50,209 bases of DNA from a virus (taxonomy: Duplodnaviria > Caudoviricetes): the IMG/VR virus record IMGVR_UViG_3300037470_000793, positions 1 through 50,209 of that record; one strand, written 5' to 3'. Every line of letters begins with the position of its first letter. Position 1 is the first letter of the stretch. The position numbers were made by a program, and so were the translations under genes. The notes beneath the pieces were generated by a model. It saw only the letters and a program-made list of their open reading frames with translations. It did no database searches and was not told where the DNA came from. This document shows, piece after piece, positions 8,262-16,720 of this stretch.

Positions 8262-8500
8262 CAGACCACCCCGTTGACACCATCGAACGGGCTCTGTTGG
8301 TCGTACCTCAGCGCGAGCGCAGCGACGCGACCGTCGGCCGTGTCGCCATGCTTCTCGAGATGCCGGTTGCTGCGCATGATTCGTGCGAGCCTGACGCGGC
8401 GGAGCTCGAGGTACACCGGGCACATCTTGTCAACGGGCCCGCGGTTCGAGTGGCCGCCCAGCGTGCAGCGGCGGCTGCTGTGTTCGATGTACCCTTTCAT
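8261..8500 (-). CDS. Hypothetical protein
   Basis: Overlap-coupled at both ends. Confidence 0.6.
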   Translation of the reverse strand: MKGYIEHSSRRCTLGGHSNRGPVDKMCPVYLELRRVRLARIMRSNRHLEKHGDTADGRVAALALRYDQQSPFDGVNGVV

Positions 8501-8652
8501 GCCTTGACCTCCCTCACGCTGATGCCAACGCCCTTGGAGGGCAGACCCAGCGCCTCGAGCTGCTCGAGAGCGAAGACCCTGCCGGCTTCGAAGTCGTCGA
8601 CTTCGGCATAGTACTCGATGCGGATGTTCGAGACGATGATGCGCACCTTCAT
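8497..8652 (-). CDS. Hypothetical protein (51 aa)
   Basis: MKVRIIVSNIRIEY...; ATGA overlaps. Confidence 0.65.
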   Translation of the reverse strand: MKVRIIVSNIRIEYYAEVDDFEAGRVFALEQLEALGLPSKGVGISVREVKA

Positions 8653-9623
8653 CGCGTTGTCCCTTCCTTCGCCCACATGAGGCGGTGGGGTTTGCGTCGG
8701 GCGAGGCAGTCGGGCAGGTTGCAGATGGGCGGGCCAGGGCACTCCCACCCTTGCTCGCCGCCCCACACTTCCTCGGCGGTGTACGTGCGCGGCAGTCCGG
8801 TCTTCTTGTCGACATCACTCACGTCGGTCCACGGCGCCGGCCAGTCCGGGTAGGCGTCGAGCGCGTTCTGGAAGATGTGGATGCGCGGGCGGAAGACCTT
8901 GAGGACGAGCGGGTCCGGCCACACGAACGGCACCTGCACCTTCTTGAACTTCCCGGTCTTCGTGAAGACCTCTTCCTTCTTCTCGACGACGAGCACCTTC
9001 ACGAACTTCGGGCCGAGGTACACGACGGCGACCGACGTCACCGGGCTCTGGCGCGGGTCGAACGGCAGGGACTCGATGCCCTTCGGCAGGTCCCACTTCT
9101 CAGCGTGCCGCGCGACGTACGCGTTGAACTCGACCTGTTCCTTGTGGTGCACGTACGGGTACTGGTACATCGGCGGGACCTCGGTGACCTTGTAGTCGAA
9201 GAGGATGTCCCGTCTCAGCAGGTCGGGCGAGCACGACACCTCGATGCCGTCGATGGTCGTGTAGAACCGAGCCTCGGCGATGGCGTCCGGGTCGGAGTGG
9301 TACTCCATCGTGCGGTGCACCATCGTCCCGCGGAAGGGGACGTACAGCGACTTGAGGTCGTCGACGTAGCTCGTCTTGCGCTTCACGATTTCGGCCCGGG
9401 GACAGGCCGACACGAGCGCGGAGGATGTGATGCGCTCGCCGCGCTCCTGGTACTCCGCGTACATCGCGGCCAGGAGCTCGTAGGTCCACGGCGCCCACTT
9501 CGCATCGCGGCGGACGTGCTCGAGAGACTCTTCGAGGCTCACCCACGGGGGGAGAACGCCGGGCATCCCTCGGTCACGCTCCGCGATTCTATGCGACGGG
9601 TCGACGACTCCGACGAGCGGCAC
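8649..9623 (-). CDS. Cas4/RecB-like PD-(D/E)xK exonuclease
   Basis: SSALVSACPR, RGTMVH, PDLL...DYK, QVEFNAY, C-terminal three-Cys cluster; GTG start after GGAGG. Confidence 0.85.
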   Translation of the reverse strand: MPLVGVVDPSHRIAERDRGMPGVLPPWVSLEESLEHVRRDAKWAPWTYELLAAMYAEYQERGERITSSALVSACPRAEIVKRKTSYVDDLKSLYVPFRGTMVHRTMEYHSDPDAIAEARFYTTIDGIEVSCSPDLLRRDILFDYKVTEVPPMYQYPYVHHKEQVEFNAYVARHAEKWDLPKGIESLPFDPRQSPVTSVAVVYLGPKFVKVLVVEKKEEVFTKTGKFKKVQVPFVWPDPLVLKVFRPRIHIFQNALDAYPDWPAPWTDVSDVDKKTGLPRTYTAEEVWGGEQGWECPGPPICNLPDCLARRKPHRLMWAKEGTTR

Positions 9624-9624
9624 G

Positions 9625-9831
9625 CTATACCTCCACCGTGCAGATGCCCTCGAACTCCTCAGAGCCGAAGACGATGTCGATGTGCGCACCGCTCACGAGC
9701 GGAGAGGTGAGCAGGCAGTCGGCCTTGCGCGTCACATCGACGAGCGCGACCAACACCTCGAGCACGGTCTCACCGGACGCGGCGAACACCCGCGACCCGG
9801 TCTCGGTGATTTCCCAGGCCTCTGCTTGCAT
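9625..9831 (-). CDS. Hypothetical protein
   Basis: GGAGG RBS; operon packing. Confidence 0.7.
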   Translation of the reverse strand: MQAEAWEITETGSRVFAASGETVLEVLVALVDVTRKADCLLTSPLVSGAHIDIVFGSEEFEGICTVEV

Positions 9832-9832
9832 C

Positions 9833-9949
9833 TCAGACCTCCTCGATACTTGACTCGATGACGTCGTACGAGTCGAACGCGGCCTCGATTATCTCGACCG
9901 CTGCCTCTTCGTCACGACACATGATGATGAGGGTCAGCTCGACAGCCAT
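9833..9949 (-). CDS. Small acidic hypothetical protein (38 aa)
   Basis: MAVELTLIIMCRDEEAAVEIIE...; GGAG RBS. Confidence 0.55.
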   Translation of the reverse strand: MAVELTLIIMCRDEEAAVEIIEAAFDSYDVIESSIEEV

Positions 9950-10173
9950 GGTGGTCTCCCGTTCAGCGCCTTGCGGGCGCGCCTCGTCTCCACCCAGATG
10001 CGGAACCTGCTGGGTCTTTCTGTGCTCACGGCGGGGCGGTGTGCCCCGCACGCGCCTTCCTTCGGCTTGAGCAGGTAGCCGAGCGGGTCGAAGGGAATCC
10101 ACACGCGGTAGCCGTGGGGACAGCGCCCCTCCATGACCCAGTCGCCGGGCTTCGGCTCAGACTGAGTACTCAC
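9934..10173 (-). CDS. Hypothetical protein
   Basis: GTG start; CPHG...CGAH motif. Confidence 0.55.
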   Translation of the reverse strand: MSTQSEPKPGDWVMEGRCPHGYRVWIPFDPLGYLLKPKEGACGAHRPAVSTERPSRFRIWVETRRARKALNGRPPWLSS

Positions 10174-10318
10174 GTCGCCACACCTGCCAATCGTGCGGCT
10201 CCCGGTGGTCCTTGGAGAGCTCGCAAGTAGACACCCAGGTCGTCTTCGGGCCGTCGGGCGAATCGTGTCGCCCAGGCGTGCGCGTCTCGACGACCCGCCG
10301 ACCACACTTAGCCACCAT
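10157..10318 (-). CDS. Hypothetical protein (53 aa)
   Basis: MVAKCGRRVVE...CELSKDHREPH; fills the operon gap. Confidence 0.5.
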   Translation of the reverse strand: MVAKCGRRVVETRTPGRHDSPDGPKTTWVSTCELSKDHREPHDWQVWRREYSV

Positions 10319-10640
10319 CCGCGGCCTTCCTCTCCTGGTACGCTCGGAGGTACGCGGCGGCGCGGTCGAAGAGCTCAGGCGTGGCGCCGCGAGCCAGGAA
10401 GTTCTTGTTGTGCCAGTAGCACACGAGCCCGCGGTGGTACCTCCGCTTCCGCTCCGGCTGCATGTCCCAGTAGCCGCGAACGTGCTCGTGGTCGATGTTC
10501 AGGATGCGCGAGGGCGGCAGGTGGCCGGCCGGGCACAGCGAGCACTGCCCGTCCTGACGGTCCAGCATCTCCCGCCACTGCTGCACCGTCAGTCCGTGCC
10601 GCTTGAGCGTTGCCGGCGTCGGTTCCTTGATGCCGGTCAT
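10308..10640 (-). CDS. Endonuclease VII-like (Holliday junction resolvase) protein
   Basis: HGLT...MLDRQDGQCSLC...IDHEH...RGLVCYWHN. Confidence 0.88.
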   Translation of the reverse strand: MTGIKEPTPATLKRHGLTVQQWREMLDRQDGQCSLCPAGHLPPSRILNIDHEHVRGYWDMQPERKRRYHRGLVCYWHNKNFLARGATPELFDRAAAYLRAYQERKAADGG

Positions 10641-11485
10641 CGCTTCCAGGGTTTCTGCAGACCCGCCTCGTACGAGGACCGGAGCGTCTGCCCAACCTCT
10701 TCGCGCTCGAGCCCGAGCCACTCAGCGACGCGCGCGACCTGGAACAGGGCGTTCTCTTTCAGCTCCCCGCCGGCGACGAGCTGACCAACGCGGAAGCCGA
10801 CACGGTTCAGCCGGACGTTCCGCTCGCCGTTCTGCGCCATGGTCAGGAAGCCGAGCTGCTGCTGCAGCCCGTACTCACCGTACGGTGTGCCGAGCTCCCA
10901 AGGGAACGTCGGCTGTGCGAGGTTCTCGTCACTGTTTCCTCGCATCTCGAACACCGGCTCGGCCTTGCGGATGGAGCTCAGCACCCACTCCGGGAGCTCG
11001 GTCAGCCAGTAGTTGAAGTCTCCCGCGGGCCAGTCCGTAGGGCTGTCGGTCTGCCAGGTGTACAGCCGTCCCTCGGCGTTGGCCGAGGGGGGCAAGAGCA
11101 CGTAGCCCTTGCCCCCCGCCTTCACGTCTACCCCCTGCATCCACTTGCCAGAGAGCGGGACCTCGGAGTCGACGCGGAAGTACAGGTGCGAGCCACCACT
11201 GGGTGTTTCCGCGCGCAGCGGGTAGGGGTCCCCCCACCGGAAGTTGTCCGGGTCGGGCGCCCCGTTGCGCGGGTCGAAGTCCAAGACGACGAGGCCCTCG
11301 GGGATGCCGAGGGCCACGTTCGCCTGTGGGTACTGACTCCACCACTCCCGGATGATGCCCGCATGGCACGAGGCGTCCTGGAAGCCGTGTCTGGTCAGCG
11401 GAGCCTTGTCCTGGCCGACCGGGAACACGGGCCATCCCAGCCGCGCGTACGAGAGGGCTGCCTCGAGGATGGTGGAGTCCGCCAT
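10637..11485 (-). CDS. Bifunctional DNA primase/polymerase (prim-pol, no helicase domain)
   Basis: ALSYARLGWPVFP, VVLDFDPRNG, ETPSGGSHLYF, GVDVK...YVLLPPS, GERNVRL. Confidence 0.92.
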   Translation of the reverse strand: MADSTILEAALSYARLGWPVFPVGQDKAPLTRHGFQDASCHAGIIREWWSQYPQANVALGIPEGLVVLDFDPRNGAPDPDNFRWGDPYPLRAETPSGGSHLYFRVDSEVPLSGKWMQGVDVKAGGKGYVLLPPSANAEGRLYTWQTDSPTDWPAGDFNYWLTELPEWVLSSIRKAEPVFEMRGNSDENLAQPTFPWELGTPYGEYGLQQQLGFLTMAQNGERNVRLNRVGFRVGQLVAGGELKENALFQVARVAEWLGLEREEVGQTLRSSYEAGLQKPWKR

Positions 11486-11486
11486 G

Positions 11487-11825
11487 CTAGGCCGCCGTGA
11501 TGAGCGTCGCCCGGCCAGAGGCCACGAGCGTCGCGTTGACGGTGGTGCCAGCGTTGGCGTCGAGGAACTCGGCCATCGCTGCCAGCATGCGGTCGCGGCT
11601 GTCCACCGAGCCGGCCTGGAACGAGAGCTTCCGCTCTTCACCCGCGAGGATGACGTCCAGGACGTAGCGGTCGGCGTTGTCGTAGCCGCCCTTCGGGTCG
11701 AACTTGACCCCGGTGATGGCGAAGGCGTTGCCGCTCGCGAGCAGCGCTTCCTTCTCCTCGCCGCTCACGTACTGTGAGCCGCCACCAGGGTTGTCGTCGA
11801 CGTAGCTGTCGAAGAAGTCGCCCAC
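11487..11825 (-). CDS. Hypothetical protein, possible ssDNA-binding (OB-like) protein
   Basis: First gene of the replication operon; AGGAG RBS; beta-rich; function inferred from position only. Confidence 0.55.
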   Translation of the reverse strand: MGDFFDSYVDDNPGGGSQYVSGEEKEALLASGNAFAITGVKFDPKGGYDNADRYVLDVILAGEERKLSFQAGSVDSRDRMLAAMAEFLDANAGTTVNATLVASGRATLITAA

Positions 11826-11842
11826 CGGCGATTCTCCTCTCT

Positions 11843-11892
11843 CCCCGACTCTGTGTTCGGGGTTCAACTCGGCCCGACTCTATGTCCGGGCC
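11843..11892 (-). repeat. Two tandem near-identical hairpins in the replication operon leader
   Basis: cccgactctgtgttcggg vs cccgactctatgtccggg (18 nt, 2 mismatches); each is self-complementary. Confidence 0.7.
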
Positions 11893-11915
11893 TCCTCGGA
11901 GGATTACTGCCCTCC

Positions 11916-11938
11916 ACTCATACGCGCGGCCCACAACC
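11916..11938 (-). promoter_or_regulatory. Phage promoter motif GGTTGTG-N4-GCGCGTATGAGT (replication operon)
   Basis: Minus strand reads ggttgtg-ggcc-gcgcgtatgagt; one of three conserved copies. Confidence 0.8.
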
Positions 11939-12029
11939 TTTCACAAGCGCACAAGCGGTTGTAGGGGGACCATAGGGGGTTAGGGCGTACGGCGTAGGGC
12001 GCGTGAAACACCCAGGGCTCAGAGGGCGT

Positions 12030-12052
12030 GGTTGTGACTCGCGCGTATGAGT
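12030..12052 (+). promoter_or_regulatory. Phage promoter motif GGTTGTG-N4-GCGCGTATGAGT (nucleotide-metabolism operon)
   Basis: ggttgtg-actc-gcgcgtatgagt; divergent from the 11916 copy. Confidence 0.8.
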
Positions 12053-12057
12053 AGGAG

Positions 12058-12654
12058 GTGAGGATTACGTACAGCGACCCGAACCACGTAGCCGTCGACC
12101 TGGACGACGTCACGGTCGACTTCATGCCTGGCCTGGCTCACTCGTATGAGCTCGAGTTCGGGGAGGCGTTGGACATCAGCGCCGGCACCTGGGCTAAGCC
12201 GTTGTCTCAGTACGAAACCCCCGCCCTTCGCGCGGCCGGGTTCAAGAGCCTGTGGGACTGGCTCCGCCACCGTGAGTGGCTGTGGGCCCTGTTCCCGGCG
12301 GTTCCCGGCGCCATGGGTGGCATCGCTGCTCTGCGTCACGCCGGCTGGTACGTCGAGGCCGTGACCTCGAAGCCGGAGTGGGCCGAGCACAACGTCTGGA
12401 AGTGGCTCGGGAAGTGGCGGCCTCCCTTCAACCGGGTGACCATCGTCGGCCAGGGGCAGGAGAAGGTCGACGTCACTGTTGCGGGCGTCATCATCGACGA
12501 CAAGCTGTCGACGTGCGTCTCGTTCAACGAGGCTGGTCGCAGCGCTGTCCTCTTCGACCGGTACGGTGCGCACGAGGACGAAGCAGCTCCCTTCCTGCGC
12601 CGAGCTCAGGACTGGAACGAGGTCATCGCACACATGGAGGCGTACCGTGGCTGA
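12058..12654 (+). CDS. HAD-family 5'(3')-deoxyribonucleotidase (NT5C-like)
   Basis: VAVDLDDVTVDF (DxD motif I), PVPGAM, VTSK, IIDDK. Confidence 0.85.
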   Translation: MRITYSDPNHVAVDLDDVTVDFMPGLAHSYELEFGEALDISAGTWAKPLSQYETPALRAAGFKSLWDWLRHREWLWALFPAVPGAMGGIAALRHAGWYVEAVTSKPEWAEHNVWKWLGKWRPPFNRVTIVGQGQEKVDVTVAGVIIDDKLSTCVSFNEAGRSAVLFDRYGAHEDEAAPFLRRAQDWNEVIAHMEAYRG

Positions 12655-13162
12655 GGAAGCAGCAGTGAACCCGAAGGACCTCATCGGTGTGACCAAGGCG
12701 CCGCTGCGGCTCGTCCCGCCCGCCCTGACCATCGGGGTCGCCCCGGTCATGGCGCTGGGTGCGAAGAAGTACGGGGCGTACAACTGGCGCAAGTACCCGG
12801 TGAAGCTGTCGGTCTACCTCGAGGCCATCGAGCGGCACCTGCTCGCGGTGATGGACGGGCAGTGGGTCGACCCGGAGTCCGGGCAGCCGCACGTTGCTCA
12901 CATCGCTGCCGGCGTTGGCATCATCCTCGACGCGCTGGCGACGGAAAGCCTCGTGGAGGATTGGCCCATCGCCCACGGCCCCGCGGCCGAGCTCCTGGCT
13001 GCACAGGCAGAGTCGCTCAACGCGCGCAGCATGACGGCCACGGAGGCCTCGCGTCATCCCGACGCCGGCGAGGTGCCGTCGGAGTACATCGACGGGCCCA
13101 TCACAGACCCGCGGTTCCGCAGTCAGGTTCGGACGGACTACTTCGACGGGGATGACCGCTGA
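12647..13162 (+). CDS. DUF5664-like dATP/dGTP diphosphohydrolase
   Basis: NPKD..G..KAPLRLVPP...GAKKYGAYNWR...RHL....G...DPESG.PH.AH. Confidence 0.88.
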   Translation: MAEEAAVNPKDLIGVTKAPLRLVPPALTIGVAPVMALGAKKYGAYNWRKYPVKLSVYLEAIERHLLAVMDGQWVDPESGQPHVAHIAAGVGIILDALATESLVEDWPIAHGPAAELLAAQAESLNARSMTATEASRHPDAGEVPSEYIDGPITDPRFRSQVRTDYFDGDDR

Positions 13163-13431
13163 TGCAGACAGCGCCTCCGCGGTACCGCCACGCCACGCCC
13201 GAGGAGTTGGCAGACGCCGACTTCCCGGTCGCTGAGCGCGAGACGCGTAAGCCGGTTCGACGGAAGAAGGTGTCAGTGCGGCGTACCGAAGTCGCGGAGC
13301 CGGTCTTCGACATCACCCGCTGGCGGTTGTCGAACCGCTGGCGCAACGACAAGAAGGTCGGTGACTCCGTCATCGGCAAGATGCTGCGGGGAGTCGACCT
13401 CGACCGATACGAGGAGCTGGCCAATGGCTAA
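13162..13431 (+). CDS. Hypothetical basic protein
   Basis: TGATG coupling. Confidence 0.7.
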   Translation: MQTAPPRYRHATPEELADADFPVAERETRKPVRRKKVSVRRTEVAEPVFDITRWRLSNRWRNDKKVGDSVIGKMLRGVDLDRYEELANG

Positions 13432-13768
13432 GGTCTCGGAACAGGTGGTAGTACTCGAGGAGCAGCTCAAGGAAGTGCTACACGAGCTCGAGGTCGCTCG
13501 CTCGGAAGTGTGGGCCGGCACCGGTCAGGCTGAGGGTGAGGTCACCTTCATCGGCGGCCCCAAGGACCAGACGAAGATGGTGGTGCGGCCGGAAGACCTT
13601 AGCCGCGGCGAGCTCGCGGTTGCAGTCGCCTCGCCCTCGAGGCTCGGCCACTGGACGTACGGCGCGGTAGACAGCGCTGTCCGCACCGGCTGGTATCAGC
13701 TCATCCAGATGCCCACCCGCGCGTCACACAGGCCGTTCAACATCGGCATCTGGCAGGGTGTGCGATGA
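13424..13768 (+). CDS. Hypothetical protein
   Basis: GAGGAG RBS; FIGGPKD motif. Confidence 0.7.
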   Translation: MAKVSEQVVVLEEQLKEVLHELEVARSEVWAGTGQAEGEVTFIGGPKDQTKMVVRPEDLSRGELAVAVASPSRLGHWTYGAVDSAVRTGWYQLIQMPTRASHRPFNIGIWQGVR

Positions 13769-13929
13769 GCGCAGCCTTCGCTCCCCCGCCGCCCCGCGGC
13801 GGTCTGCTCCAAACGCTCGAGCGTCTGATGCGTGAGGGCGGGCTCCCCGACCCACGCACCACGAGCGGCTCTGTCCTGTACATCGCCTTCGGCCTCGCCG
13901 TTGGCCTTCTCATCGGAGGGATGGCATGA
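13765..13929 (+). CDS. Small membrane protein (54 aa)
   Basis: C-terminal VLYIAFGLAVGLLIGG; ATGA overlaps. Confidence 0.6.
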   Translation: MSAAFAPPPPRGGLLQTLERLMREGGLPDPRTTSGSVLYIAFGLAVGLLIGGMA

Positions 13930-14162
13930 AACTGTACGAACCGGTCGTGAAGCTACGGCAGATGGCCGACGGTTCTTTCAGCGGCGAGCTCTACGCGAAT
14001 CGCCGGAACCGGAAGGGAGACGACGTCGAGGTCATCTTCGAGTTCACGGACCTGTGGGCCAGTGAGGTCGAGTGCATCGCGAGCAGCGCTGTCAAGGCCC
14101 TTGCTAAGCAGCGCGACGCTCTCAACGAGAAGCTCGGTCGGGTCAGGGAGGAAGCGCAGTGA
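13926..14162 (+). CDS. Hypothetical protein
   Basis: ATGA and GTGA coupling. Confidence 0.7.
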   Translation: MKLYEPVVKLRQMADGSFSGELYANRRNRKGDDVEVIFEFTDLWASEVECIASSAVKALAKQRDALNEKLGRVREEAQ

Positions 14163-14617
14163 CGCGCCGAAAGAGCCAGTGGTTGACGAGCGCGCAACGC
14201 GCTACCATCCCGACCGAGGTCCACGACGTCGCGCTGCAGCGGCTCGAGGAGAAACTCCACCGCTGGCTCATGCAGCAGCCGGAGTGGATATACGTCCTCT
14301 CGGCCGACCGCGCGACGCGGAAGCGGTACGAGCGGATGGTGTCCCGTGCGGTCACGAGCATCCCGCCGTACATCACGAACCCACCGCAGCAGCCCAAGCC
14401 GCTGAACATCAACGTGGGCTCCGGGGAGAACGACCCCTCAAAAAGGCAGGCGGATGCCCAGGGTCCCGCCGCCCCGGAGCCCGCTCCCCTCGACCCAGGA
14501 CGCCCTGTGCCGATGGACGTCATCTCTGCTCGAGAGGCGCGGCGGTACGACGAGATACACTCCGCCCCACTCGACCCAGGCGTTCTCGAGCGCATGGTCG
14601 ATAGGGGGGCGATGTGA
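14159..14617 (+). CDS. Hypothetical protein with Pro-rich C-terminus
   Basis: GTGA coupling; APLDPG repeated twice. Confidence 0.6.
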   Translation: MTRRKSQWLTSAQRATIPTEVHDVALQRLEEKLHRWLMQQPEWIYVLSADRATRKRYERMVSRAVTSIPPYITNPPQQPKPLNINVGSGENDPSKRQADAQGPAAPEPAPLDPGRPVPMDVISAREARRYDEIHSAPLDPGVLERMVDRGAM

Positions 14618-15189
14618 TGGAGATGTTCCCATCACCGCCGCCTGAAAAGCCCAGGGCTGCGTCGTTCGAGGAGGCCAAGGAAGCACGCATCGCGTCCGAT
14701 GCCAAGAAACGCAAGCGTGGCGGTATCCTCTTTGCGTTTTTTGCGGCTCTGGCGATGCCAACTCTGCTGATAGCGTCCGGCCTCTTCCTGACCGGGTACT
14801 TCCAGGCCACGGCGAATCACTACGCCGCGCTGAAAGAGGGGAAGACGCCGGTCAGCATCGCCCCGCACATCGACGTGGCTGTCACGCAGGAGGCGGCCGA
14901 CGGGTTCCTGTCGCAGTACGTGACCTTCGTCATGAACGACGACCAGGCGGGAGCTGAACAGGCCTTGGGGCTGTTCCAGACGAAGTACAGCCAGTGCCAG
15001 ATGGCGTTGATGGGCCCGAACGAAGGGTTCACGGCCGGCAGTCCACGCGGCATGGGCTTCCACTTCGACGCGTTCGCTGAGCGAGCCATCGCCGAGGCGC
15101 CGCTCGGCCGTCCCGTGCTGTCGTTCGAGACCGTGAAGTTCGGCGCGGGTGTGTACTACGGCTTCGCGCTGGCGGTGAGCTGCCCATGA
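14617..15189 (+). CDS. Single-pass membrane protein with extracytoplasmic domain
   Basis: KKRKR followed by a long hydrophobic stretch (GGILFAFFAALAMPTLLIASGLFL). Confidence 0.75.
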   Translation: MEMFPSPPPEKPRAASFEEAKEARIASDAKKRKRGGILFAFFAALAMPTLLIASGLFLTGYFQATANHYAALKEGKTPVSIAPHIDVAVTQEAADGFLSQYVTFVMNDDQAGAEQALGLFQTKYSQCQMALMGPNEGFTAGSPRGMGFHFDAFAERAIAEAPLGRPVLSFETVKFGAGVYYGFALAVSCP

Positions 15190-15287
15190 AGTACGCGACC
15201 GGCGCCGTCGCTCTGTACCTCTTCTACCGATTCCTGTGGGCGTTCCTGGTGTCGTACATGCCGGACACGACGCGCGAAGAGGAGTAA
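15186..15287 (+). CDS. Small membrane peptide (33 aa)
   Basis: MKYATGAVALYLFYRFLWAFLVSY...; ATGA overlap. Confidence 0.5.
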   Translation: MKYATGAVALYLFYRFLWAFLVSYMPDTTREEE

Positions 15288-15370
15288 GCTACCCGAGCAC
15301 GCAGAGGCTCAACCTTCGGGTCGGCCGGTATTGGAGAGGCTCCGACCGGGTGAGAGGCCCGGACATAACA

Positions 15371-15404
15371 AAAGCCCCAGGCATTGCGCCTGGGGCTTTC
15401 GTTT
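15371..15404. terminator. Bidirectional intrinsic terminator between convergent operons
   Basis: 12-bp perfect stem aaagccccaggc/gcctggggcttt with T-rich flanks on both strands. Confidence 0.88.
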
Positions 15405-15436
15405 GCGTGGGGTGGGGAGGGCACCCCCCGCGGGCT

Positions 15437-15661
15437 CTACTCGGAGACGACAGCTTCTTCTTCGAGCGCCTCCGCGAAGTTCTGCAGGAACGAGCCGACA
15501 CCGGCGACTACCGCGCCGAGTGCTCCCCACAGAGCTACGACGCCTGCGGTCTTTGCGTCGACGAACGAGCTCACGGCGGGCACTGCTGCGGCCACGCCTG
15601 CGAGGGCCTGAATCGTGGTGCGGACACCACGGAGCAAGGAAAGCTTCAGTGCGTACTTCAT
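15437..15661 (-). CDS. Holin (r1t-like, two TM segments)
   Basis: RGVRTTIQALAG pattern; two hydrophobic helices; in the lysis cassette. Confidence 0.75.
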   Translation of the reverse strand: MKYALKLSLLRGVRTTIQALAGVAAAVPAVSSFVDAKTAGVVALWGALGAVVAGVGSFLQNFAEALEEEAVVSE

Positions 15662-15664
15662 GGG

Positions 15665-16003
15665 TTACGAACCTCCGTTGTTACAGTTGAGGTCTCTGAG
15701 CGCATACAGCGTGTCCTTCTGCGCATCGATTGACCGTTGGATGTCGAGCCTCGAGATGCCCTCGATGCCCTGGGGGTGACGCCTCAAGAACCTCTGCGCG
15801 TTCTCGACGCGCCTCTCGATGTCGTCGACTAGCGTGCACAGCGCGGAGTGCGTCTCAAACGCCACGGACTCCAACCGCCGCTGCGTGCTAGAGTTGGACG
15901 CCGCGTTGAAGAAGAGGAGAATCGCCGCGAGGATGACGATGGTGGCGGGCTTCCACCACTCGCGTATCGCTTCTTCGAGCGCGCTCTTGACTTTCTCCAC
16001 CAT
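15665..16003 (-). CDS. Membrane-anchored lysis-cassette protein
   Basis: One TM helix then a coiled coil with two Cys. Confidence 0.7.
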   Translation of the reverse strand: MVEKVKSALEEAIREWWKPATIVILAAILLFFNAASNSSTQRRLESVAFETHSALCTLVDDIERRVENAQRFLRRHPQGIEGISRLDIQRSIDAQKDTLYALRDLNCNNGGS

Positions 16004-16222
16004 CTACCCCACCCTTCCGCCAAGGAACGCCGCGAGGACCAGCAGTGCTGAGGCGGGGACGGAGAACTTCCACTTCTCCAATGAGCGCATGCGCTTCTCG
16101 TGGTCCCCACGAAACTCGCGGTTCATGGCTATTTCGTTGTTCACCGCGTCGGTCAGTCGGTCGAGTTTCCCTGACATCGACACGCGCAGGAGCTCAAGTT
16201 CGGAACGGTCCACCGCATCCAT
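16004..16222 (-). CDS. Coiled-coil protein with C-terminal TM (lysis cassette)
   Basis: DHEKRMRSLEKWK then a hydrophobic tail. Confidence 0.7.
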   Translation of the reverse strand: MDAVDRSELELLRVSMSGKLDRLTDAVNNEIAMNREFRGDHEKRMRSLEKWKFSVPASALLVLAAFLGGRVG

Positions 16223-16710
16223 TAGCCCCTCCGGTTGTACGAGGCATGCCAGGACTCACCCGGCACTGCGAAGTAGAAGCCCTCAGCGATGAGCGCCTTC
16301 CGCGCCCGCCTGCCGGCGAGCGTGCCGAGGAAGCCCGTGTGGATGTCGACGGCCAGAGCCTCGCAGTGCAGCGACCCGTCGGGGTTCGCGAAGCGTGTGC
16401 CGTTGATGTTCTCCGGGCTGTAGTACAGCGCCTTCTGCGCCGCGTACGACCGGAAGCCCACGCCCGTGAGGATGATGGGCCGAGTCTTGCCCTTCTTCCG
16501 CAGACGCTTCGGTGTTGTACGGACCTCCGCCGCCTTGAACGCGCGCAGCGCCGGTCCTTGCAGCACAACGTCACCGGCCCTCTTGGTGTACACCTTGAGG
16601 TCCTGACGCTTGAGCGTCCGAAGGTTCGGCGGCGCCTCTTTGCGGCCCGGGTTGCGGACCGTGATGACGCCGTACTTGGTTTCGAAGTTGCCGTTCTCGT
16701 AGTTCGACAT
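16222..16710 (-). CDS. Endolysin, M15-family Zn peptidase
   Basis: GFRSYAAQKALY...ANPDGSLHCEALAVDI...ESWH (SxH...D...ExWH). Confidence 0.88.
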   Translation of the reverse strand: MSNYENGNFETKYGVITVRNPGRKEAPPNLRTLKRQDLKVYTKRAGDVVLQGPALRAFKAAEVRTTPKRLRKKGKTRPIILTGVGFRSYAAQKALYYSPENINGTRFANPDGSLHCEALAVDIHTGFLGTLAGRRARKALIAEGFYFAVPGESWHASYNRRG

Positions 16711-16720
16711 GTTCCCTCCC

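Noticed and set aside
8649-9623. CRISPR-Cas system suggested by the Cas4-like nuclease
   Set aside because: No array or other cas genes; solo Cas4-like exonucleases are common in phage replication modules.
12058-13162. 2-aminoadenine (Z) genome pathway
   Set aside because: No PurZ-like gene recognisable in the genome.
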